Counted from the stretch's first letter, positions 32,102 to 46,135 are shown. The stretch: DNA of 64,000 bases from Amoebidium appalachense (GCA_963693365.1 CAVNZM010000001.1:8076907-8140906); one strand, 5' to 3'. Notes: generated by a model from the letters alone, not told the origin. Numbers and translations are program-made.

Positions 32102-32832
32102 CGGCGAGGCCCTGGAAAAGCCATGTATGTAAGCGTTTCTCAACTAACAAATTAGTCGTATTTTACTCTCCATCTGCACAAACCATCTGCACAAACCCCT
32201 ATGTGGCCATGGTGCCATTGACACACACTGTCACGCATATGCGAGATGCTACAGTTCACTCATGCCACTGATCACAAGATGATAACGGAAATTGCTGTGA
32301 TTGGTTGTAACACCGTAGTGCTCATTCATTGGTTCGCTCATCAGATAGGTGCTGGCATTTCGTGAGATCTATCGGAGCACCCAAACACGGCCCTCTGAAT
32401 CAGAGGGCCGTGACCCAAACCAGCACGTTAAAATGTACCATTCTTTTGTTTTCTAACATTAAACATTTAAAACTGACCAGGTCATATGCATTGCGTGCCT
32501 GTCGTCGTCAATGCGATCTGTTCATATTGTGATTTCAGCACGGCGCATTTTCCTGATCTGTTGAGCTGATCTGTTGCACACTCGTTGAAACTTGAAAGTC
32601 AAGTTGGGCTTGTGTTTGAATGGTTTTGTTTTATAGCTCAAATTGATGTGTACGAAGTGTTTCGTATAGGCTTTAAGATAGGACTGCTTTTAACTGTGCC
32701 ACCATGTGCAGCCACCATCAGTAAGAATCCGTGGAACAAAACGTACACTGCAGGCATTGCCAGTTCCATTTCCGTGTTCTGTGCCTCACTGTAATTCATC
32801 CCCACGCACCACCCCAAGGAACACCGGTCAAA

Positions 32833-33839
32833 ATGTCAGCTGCTTTAATTCCCCCACGCCTTCTCCGCCGCTCTACGCAACAAATGGTGCCTTTTTCTAA
32901 ATTGCTAGTTAATCAGATGCACACACAACCACCCAAGCGGGGAGCGGAGGCGCTTTTGAAAAGCAGTGTAGAAGATGAGGACGAGTCTGCCACGGGGGTG
33001 TGGGTGAATGGTCGGTTGCTTAGCAACGAGATAGTGGCTCTGCACGCACAGGCTGTGAAGGTACGTCGTATGCTGTAGATGTTTAGCACCCCTGTTCGCG
33101 TTGGAAACGGTGTAATAGAAGGTTTTTTTTTAAATAAAAAAATAAAAAAAATAAAAAAAAGAGGTTTCGGTGTGGGTTTGAATTAAAGCGAAGTGATGCA
33201 CCCAACACCTGTGTACCTGCCGTTACGGTATGTCTGTGGGATTATTTTGTGCGTGTACCGTGTTTGCGTGTGGGTGGAAGTGTATTTTTTTTGTGTTTGT
33301 GTTTTTGCGTGCGCGCGCTATAGTTACTCTGGTCGTGGCTGGGCGGGCACTTGCGGTTCTTGAGCCTCTGCGGTATAACGACAGGATGTCTGGTAGAGGA
33401 AAAAGGACAGTGTTCGGGGTACTTCACATACATTGTTCAAACGTTGTTGGCCCTGTTTCTCGGATGATGTCATCGATTTTATTTGTGCACCATACTCATT
33501 GAAGCGGATTTACCGCTTTCGGCTTATCTTCTCTAGGCTGTACATTCAACCCCAACGGGAGCTTCATCCATGGTCCCTCGAGTCTGATGTGCACTAATAA
33601 TAATAGCTAGTTAGTGTTTTCCGTGAGTAAACCTCCCCCCCTCCCCCCCAACACACCACCACCACCACCACCGTAATCTCTTTTCTTTTTTGCACTTGAC
33701 TGTACGTTGTTTTCTTACGTCTACCTTTATTCAGGCGGGCGAGCCTGCCTACATCGACCCTCTGACGGGGTTCTTTGTGCTCACGTCTGAGTACCTCAGA
33801 AAGAAGGGGCCGTGCTGTGGCAACGCCTGCAGACACGTT

Positions 33840-33911
<72 letters not shown>

Positions 33912-34459
33912 CCTGCTCCCAAATGACCCCTGCGATCCTGCTACCCTCGAGGAAAGGGAGGTGGTTTTTTCGTCATGGAATGTATACCCAAAGTTGGATG
34001 TTCGAGGCTTGCAAGAGGAAGGCCGGTGAAGGAAAGGGACACCGGCTTGAAGGTGGAGGAGGAGGGGAAGAGAGGGGGGGGGGGGGGGGGTATAGACTCT
34101 AGTTGGAAAATATAAGGAAAGAAATGTGTAGAGCTTCGTGTTTCGTTTTTCCTCCTTGCTTTGAATAAGAGAGACAGTGTGTGATGCTATGTGTGGCTAT
34201 CAGTTCTATTCATATTGCAATCCCCACCCAACACCCTCCCCGGGCTTTTTTTAACCCGCTCTCATTTTCATATGCCTGCTTCCCCCTCTCCCCTCCCCCC
34301 CCCCCCCCCCCCCCCTTTTTTTTTTGGGGGGGGGGGGAGGTATTTCTGAGGCATCTGTGGTAAATTTTCCCGCCAACAGCACACACACGCACTCTCGCCC
34401 TCTCAACCATCCCGCTTCCCCCCCCCCCCCCCCCAAGCCCTCCTCTCTCTCTCTCTCTC

Positions 34460-34491
<32 letters not shown>

Positions 34492-34627
34492 TTCCATCAC
34501 CCTCGCTCTCTATTCAAGGTCTATCACCCTTTGCAAGTCACAAACATCACCCACACACTGACAGCTCTGTTTTCCTCCACAGTGCCCATATGGACACTCG
34601 AACGTGGGAAAGAAGCAGTCGACCTAA
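32833..34627 (+). CDS. C1orf53/DUF5522-family small Cys-rich protein with probable mitochondrial presequence
   Basis: Exons 32833-33060, 33735-33836, 34583-34627: ..LHAQAVK|AGEPAYIDPLTGFFVLTSEYLRKKGPCCGNACRH|CPYGHSNV.. has the YxDP...CCGxxCRHCPY signature. N-terminus is Arg/Ser/Leu-rich and lacks acidic residues. Confidence 0.85.
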
Positions 34628-35486
34628 ACGAACCGATTGGCCGATACGGCACCTTCGAACGCATCTTTTTGAACTTTCGGTCCGCAATTATCGGCCTCCT
34701 ACTTATGATGCTTGGACCGAACATGTTTGTGTTTCGCTTTTCTCGCCCTCCGTGCAGTACCCGGTGCATACCAAACACGGCAGCCCACCTTAAGGAAATC
34801 GAGAGCTAAAAACCGAAGGATAAGGTATGAATGAGTATCAGGACGACGCAAAACATGTCGCAGGCGGCCAACTGAATTTATTTTTCTTTGGGAGGTTGTT
34901 TTAATGATTGCTGGCGGTATGAACAGTCATTTCATCTGGGATACACGCAGGCTTTTGAAAGCGGTTTGGATACACCCCACCATATCCCTGCCCCCCCCCC
35001 CCCCCCCCCCCTCCCCCCCCCCCCCCTTGGCAACCCACATGCAACCGTGCACGCACGCTCACCCACACACACAAATGCACGGGCTGCAATTTGCACACAT
35101 GCATTCCGTACTCACGATTACCGCTATGAAGCTAGAATGTAAAGGTCTGGTGTGTGGTCGGTTAATGGGGCTGTCACAGATCAGTGTATATAGGAGAGAT
35201 GTAGAGCTTTAATGTATGTGGAGGGCCAATTGGGGGGGTGGGGGGGGGGGGGGGGGGGGGGGGTTGGACCCTGCCAGATACTGATTTGATAACAACTAGT
35301 TACTCATAAGTCACACGTAAACGGTATGTAAAATCACGGTTACCAACAGCCGTGTTAATGAAGTGAGCTTTGGAAGCCCACCTGTAAGTAAACTAGAACA
35401 CACCGACCTAGTAACGTGGAGCGCTTTGTGTGGGTAATTTCTTACAGATGGTCCACAGGCCAAGTATGAAAATGCCAACCCCCTTC

Positions 35487-35528
<42 letters not shown>

Positions 35529-35884
35529 TTCTTCCCTGCTTCCATCCCCAGTTGCTGAGGGGGCCATCGCGTGCGAGCTGAAGTGGGTCGAAAATCGGAT
35601 GTTTTTGATGCTCTAGCTAGCTGCTCTGTAATCCATTTTGTGTGTGCTTTGCTGAGTCTGCACCCACAACACTCACATTAAATGCTGTCCGTCGTGAACA
35701 GTGATGGGTACTTCCACTCGCAACACCTTCTGGCCCTCCTCTCCCCCCAACACGTGCACATACAGACACACACACATACATGTACACGCACACATACAAC
35801 CCGACCTCACGTGTTCCCTCTTCCTCGGCTCACGTAGGTACAAGCTTCTTGAAAAATAACAATTAGAAAATAAACCCCCCACAC

Positions 35885-36003
35885 TAGTCACTCTGAGTGC
35901 TGTCTCCCTGCGTCCTCCTCCTCTTCTTCTTCTTCTTCTTCTTCTTCTTCTTCTTCTCCTTCTTCTTCTTCTTCTTCTTCTTTTTTATGTTGCCGCAGGC
36001 GAC
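35885..36003. repeat. Short dispersed element, copy 1 (internal (CTT)n)
   Basis: 26-nt block tagtcactctgagtgctgtctccctg and 18-nt block tatgttgccgcaggcgac identical to 57476-57501 and 57521-57538. Confidence 0.8.
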
Positions 36004-36560
36004 GAGTAGGGCCCACGAACTAAAGGGAGCGTGAGACAGGAGTATCGACAAAAATGTAGCCTTGCAATTGCAAGACCATGTATTAAAACTTGGGTACGGA
36101 GACCGGAAAAAGAAAAGAAAGAAAGAAAGAAACCGTTTTCGTTCCTTCTTTCCCTTGGCTTTATTCAGTTTACAGCTTTAGGGACATCCAGATCCACCCA
36201 CTCACTCAGACACACAGACAACAGACCAGGCATATGAACACGCACACATGCACACACACACACACAACCACACGTGCACGCACACACACACACACACACG
36301 TGCACACACTGTGGCACACATGTACGCACCACACACACACGCGCGCATGTGTACACGCACAAACACACACACACACACACACACAAACACACACAAACAC
36401 AGACACACATGCACATACACACACACACACACACACACCGTGACACCACACATACTCAGTCACAGAAAGGACACGAACTTCAAGCAGAAGGGAAGGGTGG
36501 GACGGGAAATTTAATCATACATTAAACCTTTTTGTGAAGTTTCTTTGGCGGCGGCGGGGG

Positions 36561-36603
<43 letters not shown>

Positions 36604-37409
36604 GAGGCGGGGAGAGAGAGAGATGAAGAGGGAGAGAGAGGGAGAGGAAGAGATCTAGTCTAAGAGATCTACCCGTTGTAGGTCAGGTGTGTCAGCATGA
36701 CAGATAACTTTAAACGGTACGTTTGCCTCAACGGCCCGGTGCGGCGTGTGTGTCTGTGTGCGCGCGTGTGTGCATGTGTGTGTGTGGACCCGGTGCATGT
36801 ACATGTGTGTTTGTGGGGGGCGGGAGGGGACAGTGTACATGTGTGTGTATGTATGGTACCAGTGTGTGCGCCAGGCTGTGCACGTGTGATTGCCGCTATG
36901 CATTTGAAAGGTCCACAAATGGACAAATATGATCGACTATCCATCCATCCATTCATCCATCCCTACCCTACACCCCCCCCCCCCCCCCCCCCTCCCTCCC
37001 CCCCTCCTCTCCCCCCCTCCCCTCCCACCCTCCCACATGATTGCACTGGATGACTGCCTTAACCTGCAACGCTTAGGCTGCAATTGTCAACCCTGGACTG
37101 TGTAAAGTTTACCCAACACAGAAATTCTGAAGTTGCTATTTTCTTTTCTTTTTCGTTCTTTTTCTTCCCTTTTTTTTTTCTTTTTTTTTTGGGGGGGGGG
37201 GGGTTGTCTTTTTCCCCCTTTGTTTTCTTTTCTTTCTTTCTTTCTTTTTTCTGTTGTTGTTGGTGTATTTTCGTGTCTGTATGTGTTGGAGGAGAGGGGG
37301 GGGGCGCTGGGGGGGGGGGGCGGGGCAGTTACCCACAAAACGGGGGGAGAGGGGGGAGGGGGGAGGCAAGATATTCGTTTTCCTTCCATAGCAAGTGATC
37401 CCCTCATCC

Positions 37410-37441
<32 letters not shown>

Positions 37442-37716
37442 ACACCCCCACCCTACCCCACCCCCACCCACTGCCACCACCAGAAACCACACCAGCAGTT
37501 TAGCCCCCAATGACACCCCACAATCGTGATTTTGTACACAGAGTCAGCATTCAAGAACTGTCCGAATTCTGTAAGAACCCCCCACCCTCCCCCACTCCAC
37601 TCTTCCGTTCTCCAAGAAGGAAAACGTGATTGAGCATGTGGTACCCTGTCGCACGGGGGGGGGTGGGTGGTCTCTGGTCTGTGGTGTAATCATATAAAGT
37701 TTTGTGTGTGTGTGTG

Positions 37717-37778
<62 letters not shown>

Positions 37779-38445
37779 TGTGTGTGCTTGTGTGTGTGTG
37801 TGCTTGTGTATGATGGGGAGGGGGGGAGGGGGAGGGGGGGGGGAGGGAACGGGGGGGAGGAGGGGGGGGGGGGGGGGGGGGGAAGGGGGAAGGCGGGGAG
37901 GGGGTTCTGCAGGCTGAATGATTGCCACCTGCTTTATTTTCGAAACTCCTTTTTAATTTTTTATTTTTTATTTTTTATTCCCTGAGTCTCGGGGGACCCC
38001 TTTAGGGGCCGATCATGGGAATTGCCGTCTTCCACCAAGCACCGACTGTACCCTAGTTAGGATGCTGAAGGTGCATTAAGCTAAGCTAACACGCAGATTC
38101 CGATCCTACCCACTAATACACACTTATCCCAGGGTTTTTGCCTCACTGTCTCGCTAATGGGAAGCACAAGGTCTCCCCTCCAATCAAACCCCACATCTAA
38201 AAATTCGAAACTGCCTCTCATTGGCTAAACTACGATGAGGCACATTTTGTGGTATGCTCATGTGGCCGCCGTGCTTGCCAGAGGCATGTTGGTGTTTAAG
38301 GTGGGTAGGGGTGTGGTTTGGGGGATAGTGGTGGTGCTGTGCTGCTGCATGTTTTTCCTTCGAATTTTTTTTTCTCTGTTTGTCGTCGGTGTACGTGGGT
38401 GCAGCACATCTACATACACTTCGATGTGTGTGTGTGTGTGTCTGT

Positions 38446-38501
<56 letters not shown>

Positions 38502-38677
38502 CACGCGTGCATGTGTGTGTGTATACGAGCGTGTGTAGTGCATGCATGCGTGTGTGCGCCCGCACGTGCGCGCGCACATGTGTGTGTGTGTGTGTGTGTG
38601 CGCGTGCGCGCGCGCACTGTGTGTGTGTGTGTGTGTGCGCGCGCGCGCGTGCGCGCGCGCACGTGAGTGCATGTGTG

Positions 38678-38711
<34 letters not shown>

Positions 38712-39501
38712 CATTTGTGTCTTTTCGTTTATTACTTATAAAAGGGGCCGGGGGGGGGGGGGGGGGGGGGTACATTGGAGAGGTCATGATTTATTAAGCA
38801 AAAGGCACTGTTTAAGAATTTCCACATATGGTGCTATGCCCCCCACACCATCGGGAAGACTTAGTGTGGGTGAGGGCTGGTGTCAAAATAAACGTCTCTA
38901 TGTGCTAGGTGTTCACTTCTGAGTGTGCTATGGGCTTCTCGGTTGGTTAGGCTACGTCTTCGATTGTTAGGGCGGAGAGCTAGGAAACGGGTGGGAAAGG
39001 AGGGAGGGGCCCGGGGGGGGGGGGGGGGGGGGGGACTGGTTACAAAATCTCCCTGCCTCTTATTTCAATGGCCTCTCTCCGGCCTCACCTTCCCCTTACA
39101 CCTTCTTACGGTGTGGAGCTCACGAGTCCTGAACCCCCCCCCCCCCCCCCCTCCCCTCCCCCCTTTCCCCCCACCCCTCATCACCATACACCCCAACAAC
39201 CATGATGATGAACACCAGGACAGAACACACCGACCAAGGTCTGAAAGACATTTTGCTGTGAATGAACGGGAAAAGCGAAATGGCATGAATTTCATAAATT
39301 TTCACATAAACCCCACTAAATTAACCCCCCCCCCCCCCCCCCCCCACCACCACCACCTCAGTAATCCTCAATTATCCTCTCTGTGAATTATGATTTGATT
39401 TGATGCCGTATTTTCGTGCCATGTTCTGACGATTACGGTCGATTTCACTGCGGAAAGCAAGTGCGTCTCTTGGGCGCTGTTTGTGTGTGTGCCTGTGTGT
39501 G

Positions 39502-39562
<61 letters not shown>

Positions 39563-40148
39563 ACACACGCACACACGCGCGTGAGCAGATATTCGTGTGT
39601 ATCTGGAAACAAAAACAGCTCACACAAAGGGTATGAATTACAACTTGAGCCCATCGCCAGGTTGGGCGGTGGTGGGGGATGAGGGGAGGGCGGGGGTGGG
39701 GGGGGTGGGGGGAGGGGGGGGGGAGGAAGGGAAGACACGGCCGGAAGGTGGAAGGTGGGGACGTTGTTATGATAAGAGTTAGAAGTTGCCAATCGGATAG
39801 ATCTTTGGATCACGGTGTCTGCAGGAGAGGGAGATTTGTCGGGGGAGCGGGGGGAGGGGGGGTCATGTCACTTTATGCCATTTACATTTTATCTCCTCCA
39901 TCTCCGCACGCCTTCCCCCCCCCCCCCTCCCCCTCCACCCCTCTCCCCCCCCCCCCCCCTTCCCCCCCCCTCAAAAGGCCCTTGAACACAAAACCCCATT
40001 TCGCTTCCACTCCCCCCCCCCCCCCCCATCCCCCCACCCCCCCTTCCCCCCCCCCCCCCCCCCCCCCCCCCCTTTTCCTCCCCCACTGCCATTGTTCGTA
40101 CTTTTTCCGCATGCCTTTCTATCTTGCATTATATATCCCCCCCCCCCC

Positions 40149-40182
<34 letters not shown>

Positions 40183-40730
40183 ACCACCACCACCACCCCC
40201 ATCCCCAGCCCTCCCCATCCCCTCGAACGCTCCCTAGCCCCCTCCCTCCCCTCCCCCCTCCCCCACCATCACCACCACACACACACACCAGCTCCCATAT
40301 CCCAGCATGGGACCTTTACAGAAGTATTATTTACATCTCAGTGCATACGTGTGTTTGTCGACTGAAGGGTAGGAGGGGCTCATGTTCGGGGGGTGGAGGC
40401 AGGGAAGGTTTTGCTGTCAATACAGCTCGCAATTTGGTAGATCAGCCCTGTGTGTATGGATTTGGGGGCGGGAAGCCGAGGGGAGGGGGGTTCTTTGTGT
40501 GGTCGATAACGTGTGCTTGTGTGTTTGTGCTTTTGGGGGGGGGGGGGGGGGGGGGGAGGGGGGGGGGGGGAGGGGGGGGGGAGGGGAAGGGGAAGGGGGG
40601 TGTCGAGGGGGTGTAATTGAGTTTGCTTGTGAGTAGCGGGGTGTTTAGATGGCACATAGCTTCAGGCAACCATATGATTGTGAGTCGGCAGAGGAACTAT
40701 AGGGGTTGAGGGGAGTTTTTTTTTTTTTTT

Positions 40731-40781
<51 letters not shown>

Positions 40782-41035
40782 CGAGAAAGTGGTATACAGT
40801 ATGCGTGGGGGGAAGGGGGGGGGGGGGGGGGGGGGGAAGCAGTCGAAAAAGTGGTGTACAGGATGAAGTGCTAGAATTAGATATTTATACCCAGCCGGCT
40901 AACAATACACAAATATGCAAAGTACCACAAAGAGAGATTATGCAACACAAGTAGAATTAGCTCTCAGAGAAAACGGTGGAAATATAACCTCCAAACTCGC
41001 TTTATAATTTTTCTCAATTTGGTCACCGCCTCCAG

Positions 41036-41077
<42 letters not shown>

Positions 41078-41189
41078 TTCTTCCCCCCCCGCCGCTCCCA
41101 GCCACCACAACAACCAAAAAGGTGAGTATAAGAGTTTTCGATGTGACAACCATCACTTCTGCTCTTTCCCAATGATTTTACGACCCCTA

Positions 41190-41490
41190 TGTCCTACATC
41201 TACAAATATAGCTGCAAATATAGCTGCACATATTGCACGCATATCGACAAGTATATTTACACGTATACCTACGCACCTACCTGCACGTATATCTGCACAT
41301 ATACCTACACATATACCTAAACGTATATCTACACATATTGCTGTACATCGATCTACACATATATCTACACACTAGTATCTACACGTGTATCTTCACATAT
41401 ACCTACACGCTTATCTACACATGTAGCTGTACATATAATACAAATGCATCTACACATATATCAACACAATAATATACACATATAGGCTAC
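41190..41490. repeat. Degenerate ~12-bp minisatellite (consensus ~tatctacacata)
   Basis: Repeated atatctacac/atacctacac/atagctgcac units over ~300 bp. Confidence 0.8.
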
Positions 41491-41947
41491 AGGTATATCT
41501 CATCATCATTCGAGCCCCATATCACTCATTGGTTTCAACAAACCTCAACCACACCTTCCCCCTTGCTGATCATGCTCACATACGCCGTCAGCCAGCTAGA
41601 AATCGCCTCCCGTAATGGTGATAGGTGACAGTAAAACAGTTGTATGATCTTTATTGGTGGCAATATTAGTCAAAAGCTTAAGTTAAATTTGAATTAAACA
41701 AGATTGAATTAAATTCGACAATGAACATAACAGGCAGCGAGCAACCCATTTCACACACTGTCATACATGAGGCCACCCACCCAAATATGCAACCCACACG
41801 GCGGTGCATTGTGATTCACACACACACACACACACTCATACTCAAACACACACACACACACGTGCGTGCGCGCGCACGCACGCACGCACGCTCGCACGCA
41901 CGCACGCACGCACGCACACACGCACGCACACACGCACGCGCGCACGC

Positions 41948-41980
<33 letters not shown>

Positions 41981-42233
41981 CAGACGCGCGCGGGCGCGCG
42001 CGCACACACACACACACACACGCACCCACACACAGCACACACAAACAGGTGTAAGGGCATTTACAGCACACAGCAATAAGGCCTATGGCTGAGCATGGAA
42101 CAAATAACGAAGAAAAGCTCTGTTCCACTCACTAAAAATAGAAAGGTCAGGCACCCGAGACCAAGGTTATCACATAGGCTAGTTGTCATTGTCGGTGGGT
42201 GGTGGTGGTGGTGTTGGTGGTGGTGGTGGTGGT

Positions 42234-42270
<37 letters not shown>

Positions 42271-42344
42271 GGGGGGGAGGGGGGGGGGGGGGGGGGGGGG
42301 GGGGGAGGGGGGGAGGGGGGGGGCGGGAGGGTGGAGGAGGAAGA

Positions 42345-42512
42345 GACGGTTGCATGTGTTGTAGGGAACTAAGGCTTAAGACGGACAACAAAATGCAAAG
42401 CATGCATAGAGAGTATGCTTCATTGGCAGAGCCCATCCTCAGGAGGCCTGGGGCCCAAGTCAGCCACAGTACCTTAGTTTTACCAGATTTATTTAGCTTG
42501 CAAAACCCAGAA
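42345..42512 (-). mobile_element. Diverged copy of the structured 3'-terminal module
   Basis: Minus strand reads ggtactgtggctgacttgggccc...cctgaggatgggctctgc..gcatactctctatgcatg, matching 62843-62910; C-tracts on both sides on the element strand. Confidence 0.75.
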
Positions 42513-42551
<39 letters not shown>

Positions 42552-42674
42552 TCTAGGGGGGGCAGCTCATGTGCTTAAGGGTAGCAACTTCGAATGGAGG
42601 GTGAGGAAGGAAAAGCCAACTAGGCTCGTATGTCTGTAGAGGTATGTATGAAATGTGGGAGTTGCACGAAATCT

Positions 42675-42707
<33 letters not shown>

Positions 42708-42844
42708 TTATGCTGTGCGGTGGTGGAGGCAGCGGCAGGGAGGGAAAAGGGGGGGGGGGGGGGGGGGGGGGGGCGTGTGTGGGTGCGTGCATGCGTGCGT
42801 GCGTGCGTGCTTGTGTCCGTGTGTGTGCACGCCTGTGGGCGCGC

Positions 42845-43243
42845 CTATTTTGTCACGCTGTGTGGGTTGCGCACAAGGACACAAAATAGCAACACGATTC
42901 TAATAACCCTCCAAGATGCTGCAGTCTCCGTATCATGATCATTCTCAATTAGTGCTGGAAACATACATAGCGATGCATATGCACAGACCATGACGGGCAC
43001 CGTCCCGTGGCCTGCATTTTCGTCTGCATGCATACGTGCAAGAGAACATGTACTCAATTTTGTTTTTCCAAAATTGTCATGACGTTTATTTCCGAACACT
43101 ATTGTGTATATACCAGAAGCTCTCCACACTAGCTATGCCCCCTCTCTCTCTCCCCCCCTCCCCCCTCCCCTCCCCTCCCCCGCCCCTCGCCAACCCCAAT
43201 CCACCCCACTTCACCCCACCCCACCCCACCAGCCACCCCACCC

Positions 43244-43304
<61 letters not shown>

Positions 43305-43680
43305 ACACAGAGAGAGAGAGAAAGAGAGGCCCACACAGACACCTCACAGACACACATATACTGTAGCTTATAATTAGCTCCTTCCCTCGACTGTTACAAA
43401 TTACCAACCCGAAGTGGGTAATTTATAGCGAACTGGCTGCATCAAGAACAGGGGCACTGTGTAGGCACACTCGGAATTCGAAGATCTGGCAAAGAGCAAC
43501 TGAGGACCTGGGAAATCCGTTCAGATCTCGAATAGATCTATCTTCGTGCACATTCGCGTATAGATCTCGGAGATTTTTATGGCATGATAAACATCCAATA
43601 TAAAAATATTTTTGGCAAACCATTGGACCCAACAACTGCGTCGCAACACTGCACACGTCTAGTTCAAGTGTGGTCGTCAT
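42845..43680 (-). CDS. Candidate gene, possibly an RPA1-C/DDIAS-like zinc-ribbon OB fold
   Basis: Repeat-free ORF 43680-43423 with FYIGCLSCHKNL...FEFRVCL and a second ORF 43129-42845 with TIVFGNKRHDNFG. Divergent from 44778. Splice sites are weak. Confidence 0.25.
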
Positions 43681-44777
43681 TCAGGCTTAAAAATTTTGTT
43701 TAAAGCTCACTTAATTTCCCAAAAATAATTTTATATTATAAACCTTTTGATTGAATTTTTACTTATTATATATCAAACCTCTGTCATCAACGAGCACAGA
43801 AGGTGGTGGGGATTCGAAGCACCAATCAATGATTCACTTCCGGGTAGATCTGAGTGCCGGAGTTTCGAGCTCACCCTGGCCCCAAAGCGGGAAATAGAGA
43901 CAACAGAAATATTCAATCATATTATTTTTATTTTTTATTTCTTTTTTTCTTTTTTTCTTTTTTCTTTTTTTGCTCACAAAACAATGGCTGTGCACAGTAC
44001 ATGTACCGACGGCCGCCATACCAGCACACGCGGCCTGCACTCCCGCGCAGTGCCCAAAGGTCTCCTGTGTATGATTGGCTAAAAATGCACCATAAACATT
44101 CCCTATACTTTTTGGGGGTGGGAAAGACCCATCCAAATCTGTATCAAATAGTATAACTAATATGCAGAAATTAGTTGCACATCAAATAGGAATTATATTT
44201 ACCTTTTGAAGATTATAACAATTATATTATACTAGTTAATTTAAGTGCAGATGCCTTCTATAAGAGGATATATTTCTCCTCCTCTCTGATTCACTGAAAC
44301 GGAAATTTGGAATTTCTGGAAAACTTCTTTTTACACCAATACAACAAGCCCCTAAAGGGTGGTGGGGGACGCATCCATTTTATTGTCCTTGTTTCATTGG
44401 CTCGCGGAAGAGTCGCGAAGTCTATAAAACGGTTGTTTTGGTGCGTTCCGGTCACTTTTTCTTAGAAAAACGAGATCATCTTCGTAGAATTACATAGGCA
44501 AAAAGGAAAAGAAAACAAACAAATAATTGGTGGTGATTTTGGAAGGATTGAAAACTCGTGCAGGCTTTTTCTCAAACATTTTTTCTTAGGAGACACCCCG
44601 AAAGTTTGTAAGCGTCAAACAGCGTTCGCAGACTGTTGGTTTCTCCTCTTTCCCCATCTCTCCAAATCGCTCTGCCACAAACACAAACTATTGTATCCTC
44701 TTTCCCCATCTCTCCAAATCACTCTACCACTACTACAAACTAAGAAGAATCGTGAAAGCCTCACAGATTCCTTAAAA

Positions 44778-45047
44778 ATGGTTACCAACAAGAAAGGCCC
44801 CAGCTCAAAGCAAGTGAAAGAGCTACAGAAGAAACGCGAAGAAGAGCAACAAGCCGAAGATGAAGCCAAGAAATACCCTCCCGGCTGGCGCACCATTCCT
44901 GTTCTTAAAGGGTACGCCACGTTTTTCACTGGTGTAGCATTTGCTGCCGCCGTTTTCCATGGTGCTAAATACTTTTATGGCGACGAGCAATTTAGGGCGA
45001 TGCTGCAGGCTTGGCTAGGGATGAAACCAGAAGGCGGTTCCGCTTGA
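44778..45047 (+). CDS. Small (89 aa) single-exon, single-pass membrane protein, unknown function
   Basis: aaaATG context; charged helical N-terminus, hydrophobic segment YATFFTGVAFAAAVFHGA; repeat-free, natural-looking composition. Confidence 0.7.
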   Translation: MVTNKKGPSSKQVKELQKKREEEQQAEDEAKKYPPGWRTIPVLKGYATFFTGVAFAAAVFHGAKYFYGDEQFRAMLQAWLGMKPEGGSA

Positions 45048-45700
45048 AAAGGACTGACGTAATGTTGGTCAAAGAGGTGATAATGACATCTTTGTGCCGG
45101 GCAAGAGATTACTTTGGTGGCTTTGTGGATAGATGTTGGGCGGCATCGTCCCAGTGACAAAAGAAACGGTGCGTTCTCTCCTGCCTATAGCAATAGGGTA
45201 GGGCTGGGGTGTTTTTTAGGGCTGTGCTTGGTTGTTTTCGGGGTTCGTTCTAACGTTATAGTTAACTTGAGGCGTGTTAATATATAGATGAACGCTAGGT
45301 GGTTGATTTAGTACGTGCGGAATATTTAGAGGCATAAGAAGTAAATCACACTGTGATGCACCCCGTAACATATAAATATATATAGTTATAAAAAGAAATG
45401 GTGGTGGTGTGTGTTGTTGTAGTGGTGGTGGTGGGTGGGTGGGTGGGTGGGTGGGTGGGGGCGGGGGGGTGGGGGGTGGGGGAATAGGGGGGATGAAATA
45501 AGAGCAAGGGACGGTCAAATTAGATGTACTTGTAAACTTCGTTGCAGTTTAAACACAGAATGGTTAGTATAGACACAGTGTGTCCACGACTCCTTTTAGT
45601 GTTTGTCGGATGTTTCTGAACAACCTGCTTATTTGAGTAAAATACTGTAAATGCAACAATCATCCGTTGTGGTGTGTGGATCTTTGTTTTAATATTGCGC

Positions 45701-45771
45701 AGGTGTTTGGTGCGGGCGTGTTGGGAGGAGGTGCGGGGAAGAGCAGGGGTGGGAATGCTAGCGCGCGGGGC

Positions 45772-45820
<49 letters not shown>

Positions 45821-45935
45821 CTGCTGAATAAGGAGTACCGGGGCAAGGGTGTTGATGTTGGTGGATCGAGGAATCAAAAGCGAAGGTAGAAGGGGGTTTT
45901 TTTTTTGTGGGGGGGAGGGGGGGGAGAAAGAGAAA

Positions 45936-45973
<38 letters not shown>

Positions 45974-46053
45974 CTTTGTTTGTAAAGTGCAAAGGTGTTT
46001 CATGCGGGTGTGTGAGGAGGGGGGTGCGGGGAAGAGCCGGGGTGGGAATGTTT

Positions 46054-46109
<56 letters not shown>

Positions 46110-46135
46110 GGAGGGAGGGAGGGGAGAAGAGGGAT

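Noticed and set aside
37984-38000. 15-nt similarity to 61612-61626
   Set aside because: A match this short with a mismatch is expected by chance in 64 kb; flanks do not align.
41190-41490. CRISPR-like array
   Set aside because: Degenerate tandem minisatellite without unique spacers; eukaryotic context and no cas genes.
43475-43535. Hammerhead-like ctgagga-cctgg-gaaa within an agatct-rich hairpin
   Set aside because: Stem III and stem I do not pair correctly; overlaps a candidate minus-strand ORF.
43790-43885. tRNA or tRNA-derived SINE (B-box-like ttcgaatcccc on the minus strand)
   Set aside because: No cloverleaf or convincing A-box, and no second copy in the window.
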